A stretch of DNA of 32,000 nucleotides from Microcystis aeruginosa NIES-843 (GCF_000010625.1 NC_010296.1:2580001-2612000), one strand, 5' to 3'; numbered from the stretch's first letter, positions 1-10,072 are shown. Notes: generated from the sequence alone by a model not told the origin. Translations and numbers: made by a program.

Positions 1-562
1 AAACCGCAAGTTTTAAATTAGGTAAAACCTTTGATATATCAATTCTTTTGCTACCTCGATCGATTATTTCAAAAGCGAATATTTGAGGATCATCTACCTT
101 AACACTCCAGTATTCACTAACCCCTAATTCTTCGTAGAGTAAGCGTTTATTACCTAAGTCATCATTGAGGGTAGATTTTGAGATTTCAATGACTAAATCT
201 GGTGGAGGATACTGATTTAAATCAATAATCGAAGTCCCATTTGGTATCAGATTCGCTTTCTCTCCTAGATAGTAAGATATATCTGGCTGCACTTCTCTAA
301 TTCCTCTTTTGCGATAGGAACAAGTAGGGAGTCCTTGAAAAGGAATTTCTTTGAGGATAGCGTAGAGACTCACCCCCAAAAAGACAACATGATGATCTCT
401 AGCGTGTTCAAATCCAATAGGAGTCATTTCTAATCGATAATAGCCATTGTAATAATAACTTTTTCCTTGATTCTCTGGGAAGTTTTTAATTGCTTCTAAG
501 TATTCTTCCCAACTACCTTTAATCCATGAGTCAGTTATCCCCCTAGTTTCTAGCTGTTGCAT
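1..562 (-). pseudogene. Uma2 family (DUF820) endonuclease gene, 3' end off-window. The 5' region appears frameshifted twice; alternatively it is an N-terminally shortened CDS starting at ATG 427.
   Basis: The reverse strand is open from base 496 to base 2 and reads ...FPENQGKSYYYNGYYRLEMTPIGFEHARDHHVVFLGVSLY...QPDISYYLGEK...PPDLVIEISKSTLNDDLGNKRLLYEELGVSEYWSV, typical Uma2 motifs. ATG 562-560 is in the same frame but hits TAA after 8 codons. The expected GSWEEYLEAIKN segment sits in another frame between about 541 and 480. Confidence 0.6.
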
Positions 563-683
563 AGTTATCCTATCCCGCTTTGAACTTTTTCTCTAATTAT
601 AGCAATTATTGCTTAAATCAGAACCAGGGAACTGAGCAAGTATAATGATAGAATAGATTAATTGAGAAAAAATTAGCCCAATT

Positions 684-1841
684 ATGACCACAACTTATGA
701 TTACATAATTATCGGTGGTGGTATCACCGGTTCTGCCTTAAGTTATGAACTAGCTAACCTAGGCAGTCGAGTCCTCTTATTAGAAAAAGAAACCCATCCC
801 CTCAACGCCACTTTCTACAGTTACGGGGGTTTAGCCTATTGGTCGGCCACCACAGAAATCCAGAGAAAATTATATCAAGAAGGTCGAGAAATTCAGCGCA
901 ATTTATCGCAGGAATTGGGCATAGATAACGAATACCGGGACATAGAGCTAATTCTCACCGTGAACCCTGAAGATGACCCAGCCACTGTGGCCGAAAAATT
1001 TGCTATCTTTGCTATTACTCCCGAAATTCTCGATCCGCAAGCAGCGATCGCTTTAGAACCCCTATTAAATCCCGCAGCTATCTCCGGAGTTTTACGACTG
1101 CCCCACGGTCACATTGACGCCGAAAAAACTAATCTTGCCTATCAACAAGCTTTTCTGCGTCTAGGAGGCAAGATTATTCGGGAAGCTGTCATCGAATTAA
1201 TTGAAACTGCATCGAGAATTACCGGCGTAAAAACTCCTAAAAATAATTATTCTGCTGGGGAAACAATCGTCTGTGCCGGGGGATTAACCCGGTCTTTACT
1301 GCAAAAATCCGGTATTGCTGCTCCCGTCTATTTTACCCATGCCCAGGTGATCAAAATTCCCCCCACTGAGATCAAATTAAACACCCTAGTTATGCCCGCA
1401 ATTGCTGCTAGATTGCTATTAGAGCAAAAAATCACCCAACTAGAAAAGCAGGGCATTTGGCAGAGAGAAACCCCAGAAATAATTGCCAGTGTTTTAGAAA
1501 CGGGAGCGGTACAATTCCGGGATCAAAGTCTTTATCTAGGGCAAATTAGCGCCATTATCACCGATCCAGATGCGATTTTAAACCCTCTGGCCGGGGAAAA
1601 AGCAATCCGCACCGCCGTGGGGACATTGCTGCCCTCTTTAGCCTCTCTCCCCGGCAGCTGTCATCATTGTCTAGTGGCCTTTGCTCCCTCGGGACGGCCT
1701 CTAGTGGGAGCGATCGCCGATAAACTGGGATTGCAGGTATTTTCTGGTTTTACCAGTACACTTGTATCGGCTCCGCCCCTGGCCCGACGTTTTGCGCGTC
1801 ATCTGCTCGGGGAAAATGACGAGATAATTAGGGTTTGCTGA
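684..1841 (+). CDS. FAD-dependent oxidoreductase (DAO / glycine-D-amino-acid oxidase-like)
   Basis: 385 aa ORF. N-terminal dinucleotide-binding fold DYIIIGGGITGSALSYELA...LLLEK. The last codons and the stop (1839-1841) lie inside the adjacent MITE. Confidence 0.75.
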   Translation: MTTTYDYIIIGGGITGSALSYELANLGSRVLLLEKETHPLNATFYSYGGLAYWSATTEIQRKLYQEGREIQRNLSQELGIDNEYRDIELILTVNPEDDPATVAEKFAIFAITPEILDPQAAIALEPLLNPAAISGVLRLPHGHIDAEKTNLAYQQAFLRLGGKIIREAVIELIETASRITGVKTPKNNYSAGETIVCAGGLTRSLLQKSGIAAPVYFTHAQVIKIPPTEIKLNTLVMPAIAARLLLEQKITQLEKQGIWQRETPEIIASVLETGAVQFRDQSLYLGQISAIITDPDAILNPLAGEKAIRTAVGTLLPSLASLPGSCHHCLVAFAPSGRPLVGAIADKLGLQVFSGFTSTLVSAPPLARRFARHLLGENDEIIRVC

Positions 1842-2045
1842 AAAAGTTTTTCGTGGGGACAGGGTGTGGGGTGTGGGGTGTGGGGTGTAGGTTTTTACCC
1901 ATTTTCATCTGGTAAATTACCTAATTTTCAGGGAAAAAGTCCAGGGATTTTCCCCCCGATCCCTCCCAGATCTGGGACTTTTTGATTGACCAAAAGTCTA
2001 AAAGTCTTACCCAACAAGGTTTTTAGATTTATTTAGCAAACCCTA
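1829..2045 (-). mobile_element. MITE copy 1: TA-flanked, terminal inverted repeats GGGTTTGC/GCAAACCC, internal GTGTGGG heptamer array
   Basis: Alignable by eye along its length, in inverted orientation, with 15216-15419 and 19138-19355. No coding capacity. Confidence 0.8.
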
Positions 2046-2098
2046 ATTGCTAATTGACAAAAGTTAAGAGAGAAATTAACTGATGGTTGCAATTAATC

Positions 2099-2404
2099 CT
2101 AATCGACTTTTTCCAACTGCCAAAGAATTTGGTTTCCCTCGCGTCTGACCCGGGAGATTACCCAATTTCGCCACGGCCAATGGTCGCCGCGACTGGTAAC
2201 GGCCCCTGGATTAATATCCATTAAATCGGCCACTTCGGCGCTGGTAATCAAATAACCGCGATTGGCCACTTCATCGGCAATGCGTAGGGTTTCGATGAGA
2301 TTTCTTAGCTGGTCAACTCTTTCTCCCCGGGGTAATTGGATTTCATCGCCAGCGCTATTAGGTGGTTCATTCATAGTTAGGGTCTGGTCAAAGTTTATTA
2401 ACAA
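2099..2404 (-). CDS. Hypothetical protein (about 91-101 aa)
   Basis: The ORF starts with TTG at 2404; the first ATG is at 2374 (MNEPPNSAGDE...). I recognise no domain. Confidence 0.45.
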   Translation of the reverse strand: MLINFDQTLTMNEPPNSAGDEIQLPRGERVDQLRNLIETLRIADEVANRGYLITSAEVADLMDINPGAVTSRGDHWPWRNWVISRVRREGNQILWQLEKVD

Positions 2405-2812
2405 TTAAAAATTGTCGGTTGAGGCAAACAATCAAGCTTTCCTCTCGTTATTCTATCGATTCTATCAATAATAGTTGTCATCAAAACAGTCCTATCTTCT
2501 CGAATCTTACCGTCATATCTTTACTAAAACCCTAAAAACCTCTTGACAAAAAACACAAAATATAGTAAGGAAATTCAGGGTAAGCTCATCTTAGACAATC
2601 CTTGACAAAATGAACTTTATCTGAGTTGCCTACCCACGATTCAGGCATATTTGAGGAGAATTCGCCATCTCAATTGTTGAGCAACAATCGACCAAATAGG
2701 TCGAGTTCCTAACTATTCTGATTGACTGGTATCACTTGAAATGCCCATGCGTATCACAAAATTGGCCAATTGTCAATAGGGTTTGAGATGCGCTCACCCT
2801 GGGGAAAGTGAT

Positions 2813-2873
2813 CAGTTATCACTGATAACTGATTACTGATAACTGATTACTGATAACTGATCACTGATAACTG
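2813..2873. repeat. Heptanucleotide tandem array CTGATAA/CTGATTA/CTGATCA, preceded by one inverted unit
   Basis: Direct reading: cagttatcactgataactgattactgataactgattactgataactgatcactgataactg, just upstream of cysS. Confidence 0.9.
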
Positions 2874-2920
2874 CTATAAAATTGGACTAGCCTTTTTCCC
2901 CAGAAAAAAATTCCCCCTCC

Positions 2921-4363
2921 ATGACCTTAATCCTCTACAACACCCTCAGTCGTCGCGAAGAACCCTTTACCCCCCTCATCCCCGGCATTGTCTCCATGTA
3001 TTGCTGCGGCATTACCGTCTATGATTATTGCCATTTGGGTCATGCGCGTACCTGTGTGGTTTGGGATGTGGTGCGGCGTTATTTAGAGTATCTCGGTTAC
3101 AAAGTGCGCTATATTCAGAATTTTACCGATATTGACGATAAAATTCTCAATCGGGCTAAAAATGAACATACCACCATGGCAGCCGTGGCCGAGAGATTTA
3201 TCGAGGCCTACTTTGAAGATATGGCAAAATTAGGAGTAAGACCGGCGGACGCTTATCCCCGGGCCACTCATACCCTCGACGGTATCAAGCGCCTAGTCTA
3301 TGAATTAGAACAAAAAGGCTATGCTTACCCCAGCGATGGCGATGTTTACTATTCCGTCCGTCGTTTTTCTGATTATGGCAAACTATCAGGGCGAAAACTG
3401 GATGATCTGCAAGCCGGCGCCAGCGGCCGGGTAGAAACCGACGACCCGGAAGCAATTAAGAAACAAGACCCCTTTGATTTTGCCCTCTGGAAGGGGGCAA
3501 AATCGGGGGAACCTAGTTGGGATTCTCCCTGGGGTCAAGGTCGTCCGGGGTGGCATATTGAATGTTCGGCCATGGTCAAAGAACAATTGGGAGAAACTAT
3601 CGATATTCATGTGGGGGGAAGTGATCTGATTTTTCCCCACCACGAAAACGAAATTGCCCAAAGTGAAGCGGCTACGGGTAAACCTCTGGCCCACTATTGG
3701 TTACATAATGGCATGGTTAAGGTGGCTGGGGAAAAAATGTCGAAATCCCTCGGTAATTTCATCACTATTCGCGAGTTATTGGCAAAATATGACCCCTTAG
3801 CCGTGAGATTATTAATTTTAGGCGCCCAATACCGCAAACCGATCGATTTTTCCGATGAGGGATTGCAGGCGGCCACTAATGGCTGGCATACTTTACAAGA
3901 GGGTTTATCCTTTGGTTATAAGCATCTTCCGCCAGATAATCCCGCAATTACTGACCAAGAGCTAGAAAATCGCTTTCAAGAGGCGGTAAATCACGATTTT
4001 AACTTTGCCGGTGGTTTAGCGGTGTTATTTGAAATCGCTAAGGAATTACGCAAGGAAGGTAATAATTTAACCCATGCGGGTAAGACAGACAGCAATCTAG
4101 CCCAATTAGCGGTAAAATGGCATACTTTGGTGAAATTGTCTAGGGTTTTGGGCTTAGAAATGGCCGCTGACCAGGGAGAAACCCCTGTTTCTGAGGGAAT
4201 TAGTGCAGCGGATATCGAAAATCTCATCCAACAACGGACAGAGGCAAAAAAAGCGAAAAATTACGCCGAAAGCGATCGCATTCGCGCAGAATTAAAAGCC
4301 CAAGGCATTACTTTAATCGACCAACCCGGGGGAGTAACTAAATGGTTAAGAGAGGGAGACTAG
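2921..4363 (+). CDS. cysS: Cysteine--tRNA ligase
   Basis: 480 aa. Class I signatures: CGITVYDYCHLGHAR (HIGH-type) and KMSKS. WHIECS zinc/cysteine-binding region. Typical length. Confidence 0.95.
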   Translation: MTLILYNTLSRREEPFTPLIPGIVSMYCCGITVYDYCHLGHARTCVVWDVVRRYLEYLGYKVRYIQNFTDIDDKILNRAKNEHTTMAAVAERFIEAYFEDMAKLGVRPADAYPRATHTLDGIKRLVYELEQKGYAYPSDGDVYYSVRRFSDYGKLSGRKLDDLQAGASGRVETDDPEAIKKQDPFDFALWKGAKSGEPSWDSPWGQGRPGWHIECSAMVKEQLGETIDIHVGGSDLIFPHHENEIAQSEAATGKPLAHYWLHNGMVKVAGEKMSKSLGNFITIRELLAKYDPLAVRLLILGAQYRKPIDFSDEGLQAATNGWHTLQEGLSFGYKHLPPDNPAITDQELENRFQEAVNHDFNFAGGLAVLFEIAKELRKEGNNLTHAGKTDSNLAQLAVKWHTLVKLSRVLGLEMAADQGETPVSEGISAADIENLIQQRTEAKKAKNYAESDRIRAELKAQGITLIDQPGGVTKWLREGD

Positions 4364-5875
4364 AAATTCTTTGACCACTTCCTCCACTTTGCGATCGCGT
4401 CCATCCACCTGATAGTTTAATTTCTGCATAGCTGTGGAGGTAATTTTGCCAGTGAGTTTCGCTAAAACCTGTCGCAATTGCGGATATTTTCGCAAACTAT
4501 CCCGGTTAAAAATCGGTACCGCTTCGTAGGGAGGAAAATAGCGTTGATCATCTTCTAGGATGACTAAATCTAGCACGGGAATTAAGCCATCGGTGGAATT
4601 TCCCGCCACTAAATCCACTTGTTTTTCGGCTAAAGCGCGGTACATTAACCCTAAATCCATCACTTTCGGGGGTCCGGCAAAATTTAGCCCGTAGGTCTTC
4701 GCTAATCCCTTATAACCGTCTTCCCTTTCCAAGAATTCATAACCAAAACCCGCTTGCCAATTGGGTGTATATTTAGCCACTTGCGAGAGAGTTTTAAGAT
4801 TGTATTGACTGGCGGTTTCTCCCCGGATAACAATGGCGAAAGTATTCTCGAATCCTAAACTGGGAAAGACTTCTAGATTAAATTTTTCTGGATAAATCTC
4901 TTGCAGCTTTTCAAAGACTAATCGGGCATCGTTAAGGGGTTTTTCTTGCAAAATTCCCGTGAAAGCCGTGCCAGAATACTCCACATAACCGTCGATTTTA
5001 CCCGCTTTCACCGCTTCATGACAGATCAGAGTACCACCGAGATTAAATTGACGTTCAACCCGTAAATTCGTCTCTTTTTCGATCTCCTGTGCCAAAATTT
5101 CCCCTAAAATCACCTGTTCGGTAAAATTTTTGGAACCGATCACCACTGTGCCGGGGGATGAATGGAAAATTTGAGTCAAGAGGAAAGATAGCAGGGCTAA
5201 CCCGATTAAACCTAAGCCCCATTGCCATTTAGAGGGCTTTTTCGGACGTTGCGAAGGGGAAAAGGTCTTTTCTAGCCGACCGAGACTCCAATCGGCAACA
5301 AGGGCTAAAAAAGCGGCAGGAATTGCCCCCGCCAAAATTAACTGATTGTTGACCGTGGCAATACCGCGAAAAATAAACACTCCCAAACCACCGCCACCGA
5401 TGGCAGCTGCGATCGTAGCCACACCGATAGCAATCACCGTCGCAATTCTCACTCCTGCCAAAATTGTCGCCCTGGCCAGGGGTAATTCGATATAGCGCAG
5501 GATTTGACCGTCGGTCATGCCTAGGGATAACCCGGCTAATTTTAATTCGGGATCAACTTTTTTGATGCCCAGATAGGTATTTAAAACAATTGGCAATAAG
5601 GTATAGAGAGTTAGGGCAACAATAGCGGGAATTTTGCCGATTCCTCCCAAAAAAGGCACGGAAATTAAAAAACCAAATAGGGCTAAACTGGGGATGGTCT
5701 GTAGGGTGTTAACGATCGCTATAATTGGTGGGGCGAGAATAGCTTGACGACTAATTAAAATACCTAGAGGAATCCCGATTAAGCTACCCATAGCCATGGC
5801 TATTCCCGTCAAGAAAAGATGCTCTCCAGTGCGAAAAGCGATTTCCCCCGCATAATCTAGCCAAAAACTATCCAT
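4346..5875 (-). CDS. Osmoprotectant (glycine betaine/choline type) ABC transporter, fused permease and substrate-binding protein
   Basis: 509 aa. The N-terminal half is a multi-TM permease and the C-terminal half is OpuAC/OpuBC-like (GSKNFTEQVILGEI...DGYVEYSGTA...VILEDD). The 3' end overlaps cysS convergently by 18 bp. No ATPase gene is adjacent. Confidence 0.8.
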   Translation of the reverse strand: MDSFWLDYAGEIAFRTGEHLFLTGIAMAMGSLIGIPLGILISRQAILAPPIIAIVNTLQTIPSLALFGFLISVPFLGGIGKIPAIVALTLYTLLPIVLNTYLGIKKVDPELKLAGLSLGMTDGQILRYIELPLARATILAGVRIATVIAIGVATIAAAIGGGGLGVFIFRGIATVNNQLILAGAIPAAFLALVADWSLGRLEKTFSPSQRPKKPSKWQWGLGLIGLALLSFLLTQIFHSSPGTVVIGSKNFTEQVILGEILAQEIEKETNLRVERQFNLGGTLICHEAVKAGKIDGYVEYSGTAFTGILQEKPLNDARLVFEKLQEIYPEKFNLEVFPSLGFENTFAIVIRGETASQYNLKTLSQVAKYTPNWQAGFGYEFLEREDGYKGLAKTYGLNFAGPPKVMDLGLMYRALAEKQVDLVAGNSTDGLIPVLDLVILEDDQRYFPPYEAVPIFNRDSLRKYPQLRQVLAKLTGKITSTAMQKLNYQVDGRDRKVEEVVKEFLVSLS

Positions 5876-5993
5876 AAACTTCTCTTAAAGCTGCTGCTTC
5901 ATCCTATTGTGTAGAATAAATGGGATCTATTATTTCCAGTCTTGATTTAAAGATTCTATCACCATCTTGACATTATTTCCTCGCTAAAGACCA

Positions 5994-6998
5994 ATGACTA
6001 ACAAATTTAATCCTCGGGCTAAAACTGTTGCCGATTGGGCCTATATCGGTATTGATAAACATTTTCATAAAGTTCTTAAACACGAAGCTGGGGTTTTACT
6101 CGATCAGGATACGGAAGAATTACATCAAATTCGTGTGGGAATGCGCCGTCTTCGCAGTACCTTAACTGGTTTTGCCCCCGCTTTAACCATGCCGAAATCT
6201 GCCGATCAAAAACGGGTGGGTAATCTGGGCAGAATTTTAGGAGAATTGCGGGATTTAGATGTGTTAAAATCGGCTTTTGTCGGTCATTATCAGCCAATTT
6301 TACCCCCGAAAGAACAGGATTTACTGAAGAAAGTTTTACAAGTTCTCGAACACCGAAGGGAGAAGGCTTTTGCTAAGGTAGAAAAACTCTTAAAGTCCGA
6401 TAAATTTCTCAATTTTAAGGCAGATTTTGCCAGTTGGTTGGATAATCCCACCTATCAACCGATGGGAAAATTAGATATTGCCACAGTTTTACCAGACTTA
6501 TTATTACCGCAAGCGAGTCGCTTTTTACTCCATGAAGGCTGGTTAGTTGGGGTAAATTTAGAGGACTATAAAAGATTACGAGAGTTTTCTAGTCAAGAAA
6601 TTGATGACTTATTGGAAAAAGAAGGATTATTACTGCACGATCTCCGTAAAGAAGCCAAGCGTTCCCGCTATAATATGGAGTTATTCACTCAGTTTTATGG
6701 CGACAAATATCAAGAGTACCTAGAAGATATTAAAAACCTTCAAGGTATTCTCGGAGAAATGCAGGATTGTTGTGTTCTCTCGGATTTTCTTAGCCAAATT
6801 TTCCCCAATTGTCTTGCCAAGGAAATGCCCACCTTACTAGAAATTTTCCAAAATATCCGTCACCAAAAATGGCAAGAATGGCAACCGCTACAAAAGAAAT
6901 TCCTTGACGCTGACACCAGAAAAAGTCTGCACCAGACAATTTTACAGCCTATTTTTCGGCCAAATAGTGTAAAATTAGAAACTAATCCAGAATCCTGA
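5994..6998 (+). CDS. CHAD domain-containing protein
   Basis: 334 aa, helical. Has the CHAD hallmark HQIRVGMRRLRSTL and a second basic helix LHDLRKEAKRSRY. Confidence 0.75.
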   Translation: MTNKFNPRAKTVADWAYIGIDKHFHKVLKHEAGVLLDQDTEELHQIRVGMRRLRSTLTGFAPALTMPKSADQKRVGNLGRILGELRDLDVLKSAFVGHYQPILPPKEQDLLKKVLQVLEHRREKAFAKVEKLLKSDKFLNFKADFASWLDNPTYQPMGKLDIATVLPDLLLPQASRFLLHEGWLVGVNLEDYKRLREFSSQEIDDLLEKEGLLLHDLRKEAKRSRYNMELFTQFYGDKYQEYLEDIKNLQGILGEMQDCCVLSDFLSQIFPNCLAKEMPTLLEIFQNIRHQKWQEWQPLQKKFLDADTRKSLHQTILQPIFRPNSVKLETNPES

Positions 6999-7009
6999 GA
7001 TTAGAACCG

Positions 7010-8443
7010 ATGAATTTTTTTCAAAAGTTAAACCACGCCATTAGTCAAAACCAGACTCTACTTGTCCTCGGTTTAGATGCTAACCCCGAAATGATGCCCT
7101 CCACCCCGGGAGAATTAATTGTTAATTTAGAACAGTGGCTCAAGTTTATTATCGATGAAACCGCCCCTTTTGTCTGTGCCTACAAACCAACTTTAGGCTT
7201 TTATCAAGCTTTGGGATCAGCGGGATTAGAATTATTACAGCGAATTTTAACGGCAATTCCCCCTCATATCCCAGTAATTTTGGATGCTAAACACGGCGAT
7301 ATTAATACTAGCAGTGTTTTAGCCGAGACTATCTTTAAAACTTGGCAGGTGGACGCGGTTACTCTCAATCCCTACTCCGGACAGGATCACGTTGCTCCTT
7401 TTTTAGTTTACCCCGAGCATGGCGCTTTTATCCTCTGTCATACTTCCAATCAAGGCGCAATTAATCTGCAAGAATTTCCCAGTTGCGACAATCCTTTTTA
7501 TCTGCAAGTCGTCAAAGAAGCTTGCACCTGGGGAACTCCCGAACAAGTATTTTTAGAAGTGGGAACCACTCAACCGGAGATTTTGAAAAAAATTCGCAAT
7601 TTTGCCCCCGAAAGATTGATTTTATTACGCAGTATTTGGGAAGACAAAAGTAAATTCTCCGAGTTAATTACTGTGGGTTTAAATAGTCATGGCGAGGGTT
7701 TATTAATTCCTGTACCCCAAGACTTTTTATCTCAACCCGATTTGGGGGCAAAAGTCAAGGATTTACGCGAGGAAGTCAACAAAATTCAACAAAATCACCA
7801 GCAAGAATCGAGCGGAGATGATACTTGGACCGCTAACGTTTGTCTTTTAAAACAACATCCTCATCAGGATTTAATTCTACAATTATTTGATATTGGTTGC
7901 TTGATGTTTGGCGATTATGTACAAGCATCGGGAGAAACTTTTTCCTATTATATCGATCTGAGAAAAATTATCTCTAATCCTAATATTTTTCAGCAGGTAA
8001 TTGAAGCCTATGGAGAAATATTAAAAACCTTGACATTTGACCGCATTGCTGGCATACCCTACGGTTCTTTACCCACAGCTACGGGTTTATCTTTATTATT
8101 AAATCATCCGATGATTTTCCCCCGCAAAGAAGTAAAAGCCCACGGCACAAGAAGAGTAATTGAAGGTAATTTTCAAGTGGGGGAAACGGTGGTAGTGGTG
8201 GACGATATTTTAATTTCTGGCAAAAGTGCGATCGAGGGGGCAGCAAAGATTAAATCGGCGGGATTATTAGTTAATGATATTGTGGTTTTTATCGACCATG
8301 GTGGCCCCGTTAAAGATAAACTTCGTAGCCATGGTTATCAAGCTTATTCGGTTTTAACCCTAGCAGAAATTACCGATACTCTCTACGAAGCGGGAAGACT
8401 GACAGAAGCAGAATATAGCTGTTTTTTAAATCGCTCCCATTGA
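7010..8443 (+). CDS. pyrF: Bifunctional orotidine-5'-phosphate decarboxylase / orotate phosphoribosyltransferase
   Basis: 477 aa. The N-terminal OMP decarboxylase part has VILDAKHGDI. The C-terminal PRTase part has the PRPP-binding motif VVVVDDILISGKS. Confidence 0.85.
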   Translation: MNFFQKLNHAISQNQTLLVLGLDANPEMMPSTPGELIVNLEQWLKFIIDETAPFVCAYKPTLGFYQALGSAGLELLQRILTAIPPHIPVILDAKHGDINTSSVLAETIFKTWQVDAVTLNPYSGQDHVAPFLVYPEHGAFILCHTSNQGAINLQEFPSCDNPFYLQVVKEACTWGTPEQVFLEVGTTQPEILKKIRNFAPERLILLRSIWEDKSKFSELITVGLNSHGEGLLIPVPQDFLSQPDLGAKVKDLREEVNKIQQNHQQESSGDDTWTANVCLLKQHPHQDLILQLFDIGCLMFGDYVQASGETFSYYIDLRKIISNPNIFQQVIEAYGEILKTLTFDRIAGIPYGSLPTATGLSLLLNHPMIFPRKEVKAHGTRRVIEGNFQVGETVVVVDDILISGKSAIEGAAKIKSAGLLVNDIVVFIDHGGPVKDKLRSHGYQAYSVLTLAEITDTLYEAGRLTEAEYSCFLNRSH

Positions 8444-8465
8444 TATTTAGGGTTTGCGGCAAAAA

Positions 8466-8538
8466 GTAGGGGCGAAGCATTCGGATAGAATATCTAGGGT
8501 TTCACCGATAGGTTATTGCCCGAATGCTTCGCCCCTAC
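8466..8538. repeat. 19-bp perfect inverted repeat (gtaggggcgaagcattcgg ... ccgaatgcttcgcccctac) with a 35-nt spacer
   Basis: The arms at 8466-8484 and 8520-8538 are exact reverse complements. No T-tract follows, so it is more likely a repeat element than a canonical terminator. Confidence 0.85.
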
Positions 8539-8720
8539 AGGACGCGGGCCGATGAAGAGGCCAGGTTTTGAACCACGATTCTCTCAAAATCTTGCACCTG
8601 TGGGAGCGAAACAGAACCCTAAAACCCTTACCTCGTCTATATTTCACATTTATTAAGCAAGCTCTACTTAGTTTCTAGCCTTCTTTTTCGGTAGGAGAAT
8701 CGCCGAATCCTTTCTTGGAG

Positions 8721-8790
8721 CCTTTTGCCTTTTGCCTGTTGCCTGTTGCCTTCAGAAGCTGATTACTGATCACTGATTACTGATCCCTGA
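8721..8790. repeat. Two adjoining heptamer arrays: CCTTTTG/CCTGTTG, then CTGATTA/CTGATCA
   Basis: Direct reading of ccttttgccttttgcctgttgcctgttgcc and ctgattactgatcactgattactgatccctga. Confidence 0.85.
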
Positions 8791-8796
8791 AAATTG

Positions 8797-9081
8797 TTAA
8801 GAAGCTTGACTGCGTAATACCTTTAGGGTATTCAGGAGCTTGCTTTCTTCTTTTTCCTCAAAAATAGTTAAATCTTCGGGTTTACAACGTTTTATATGCA
8901 ATTTAATCCCCTGCGCTCCTTCTGTTTTCAAATCTTCTTCGTAACCAGCTTGAGCGACTTCAGCCTCGTCTTTAGCGAGAAAAGGACCGAAATAATAAGT
9001 ACATCTGGGATAGTCGGTTTTAATCTCGACCCAGTAGGCTAATCCGAACATTTCCAGTAAGCTAATCAAAAATTCTTTCAT
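8797..9081 (-). CDS. DUF1816 domain-containing protein
   Basis: 94 aa. The WVEIKT...CTYYFGPF...EA core is what I recall for cyanobacterial DUF1816. Confidence 0.6.
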   Translation of the reverse strand: MKEFLISLLEMFGLAYWVEIKTDYPRCTYYFGPFLAKDEAEVAQAGYEEDLKTEGAQGIKLHIKRCKPEDLTIFEEKEESKLLNTLKVLRSQAS

Positions 9082-9205
9082 CTCGTTCCCCGTCTCAATC
9101 TACTCTGGTGGTTTTGTTACGTTCGTTTACATTTCGCAAACTTCCTTCCTATTTTATTTATACTTTCTCCTTTTGGCTATTGGGAGTGTCGAAAAATACA
9201 GATTT

Positions 9206-10072
9206 TCAGTCGGGGGAATTTTGCCAGCGTTGACGGTAAACTTCATAAAGAGCCATAGCCGCCGCCACCGAAGCATTGAGACTGGGGGTTTTGCCTGCCA
9301 AGGGGATAGATACCAACTCATCGCAGGACTTTTGGGTCAACAGACTCAAACCCTCTCCCTCCGAACCTAGCACCAATCCTATCGCACCCGTTAAATTAAT
9401 TGTGTGTAAGGATTTACCACTTTTTGCCGCCGCGCCGTAGAGCCAAAAACCCGCCGCTTTTAATTCTTCTAAAGCACGATTGAGATTAACCACCCTGGCC
9501 ACAGGTAAATATTCCAAGGCCCCCGCCGCCACTTTCATCACCGTCGATGTCACCCCAGCGGCGCGACGTTGGGGAATAACTACCCCCTGACAACCCATGG
9601 CTTCGGCGGTGCGAATAATTGCCCCAAGGTTATGGGGATCCGTAATACCTTCAGCGATGACGATGACGGGGTGGCGACTTTTGCCCTTAGCTTTCTCGAT
9701 CAGATCGGCTAATTCTATATACTCATAGGGAGACATCTGGGCGGCAATCCCCTGATGATTGGCCTTACTGGTAATCTGATCGAGACGCAAATCGTCCACC
9801 TCATCAATTACCGTGCCGTTGGCTTTGGCTTTTTCTAAGAGGGTATGATAACGGGGATCGTAACGGAGTCGATTGACTACCCAAATCCGATTAAGTTGGC
9901 GCTCCTCCTCCATGGCCGTTAAAACCACCCGGCGACCGTAGAGCAGATCATCAGCTTCTTGGTTTTCTGGAGTTACTGCCGGGGATTTAGCCAGAATTGG
10001 CCCGGTTTTCGGCCGCGAGGGCCGGCGAAAATTACTATTATCGGACTTGCCACGAAATGGTCGATCGCTCAT
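9206..10072 (-). CDS. rlmB: 23S rRNA (guanosine-2'-O)-methyltransferase RlmB (SpoU/TrmH family)
   Basis: 288 aa. SpoU motifs [25 protein letters not shown] and [22 protein letters not shown]. Basic N-terminal extension. Confidence 0.85.
   Translation of the reverse strand: MSDRPFRGKSDNSNFRRPSRPKTGPILAKSPAVTPENQEADDLLYGRRVVLTAMEEERQLNRIWVVNRLRYDPRYHTLLEKAKANGTVIDEVDDLRLDQITSKANHQGIAAQMSPYEYIELADLIEKAKGKSRHPVIVIAEGITDPHNLGAIIRTAEAMGCQGVVIPQRRAAGVTSTVMKVAAGALEYLPVARVVNLNRALEELKAAGFWLYGAAAKSGKSLHTINLTGAIGLVLGSEGEGLSLLTQKSCDELVSIPLAGKTPSLNASVAAAMALYEVYRQRWQNSPD

Noticed and set aside
3386-4227. Three minus-strand ORFs (102, 60 and 78 aa) inside cysS
   Set aside because: They are antisense shadow ORFs within a confidently identified housekeeping gene, with no recognisable motifs.
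9173-9370. 65-aa plus-strand ORF overlapping the rlmB 3' end. Similar shadows lie at 6076-6297, 11619-11822, 12399-12581, 13919-14128, 18007-18192, 18446-18643, 21281-21484, 25835-26071, 29722-30075, 30983-31174 and 31756-31995.
   Set aside because: All lie within or antisense to better-supported genes and show no recognisable features.
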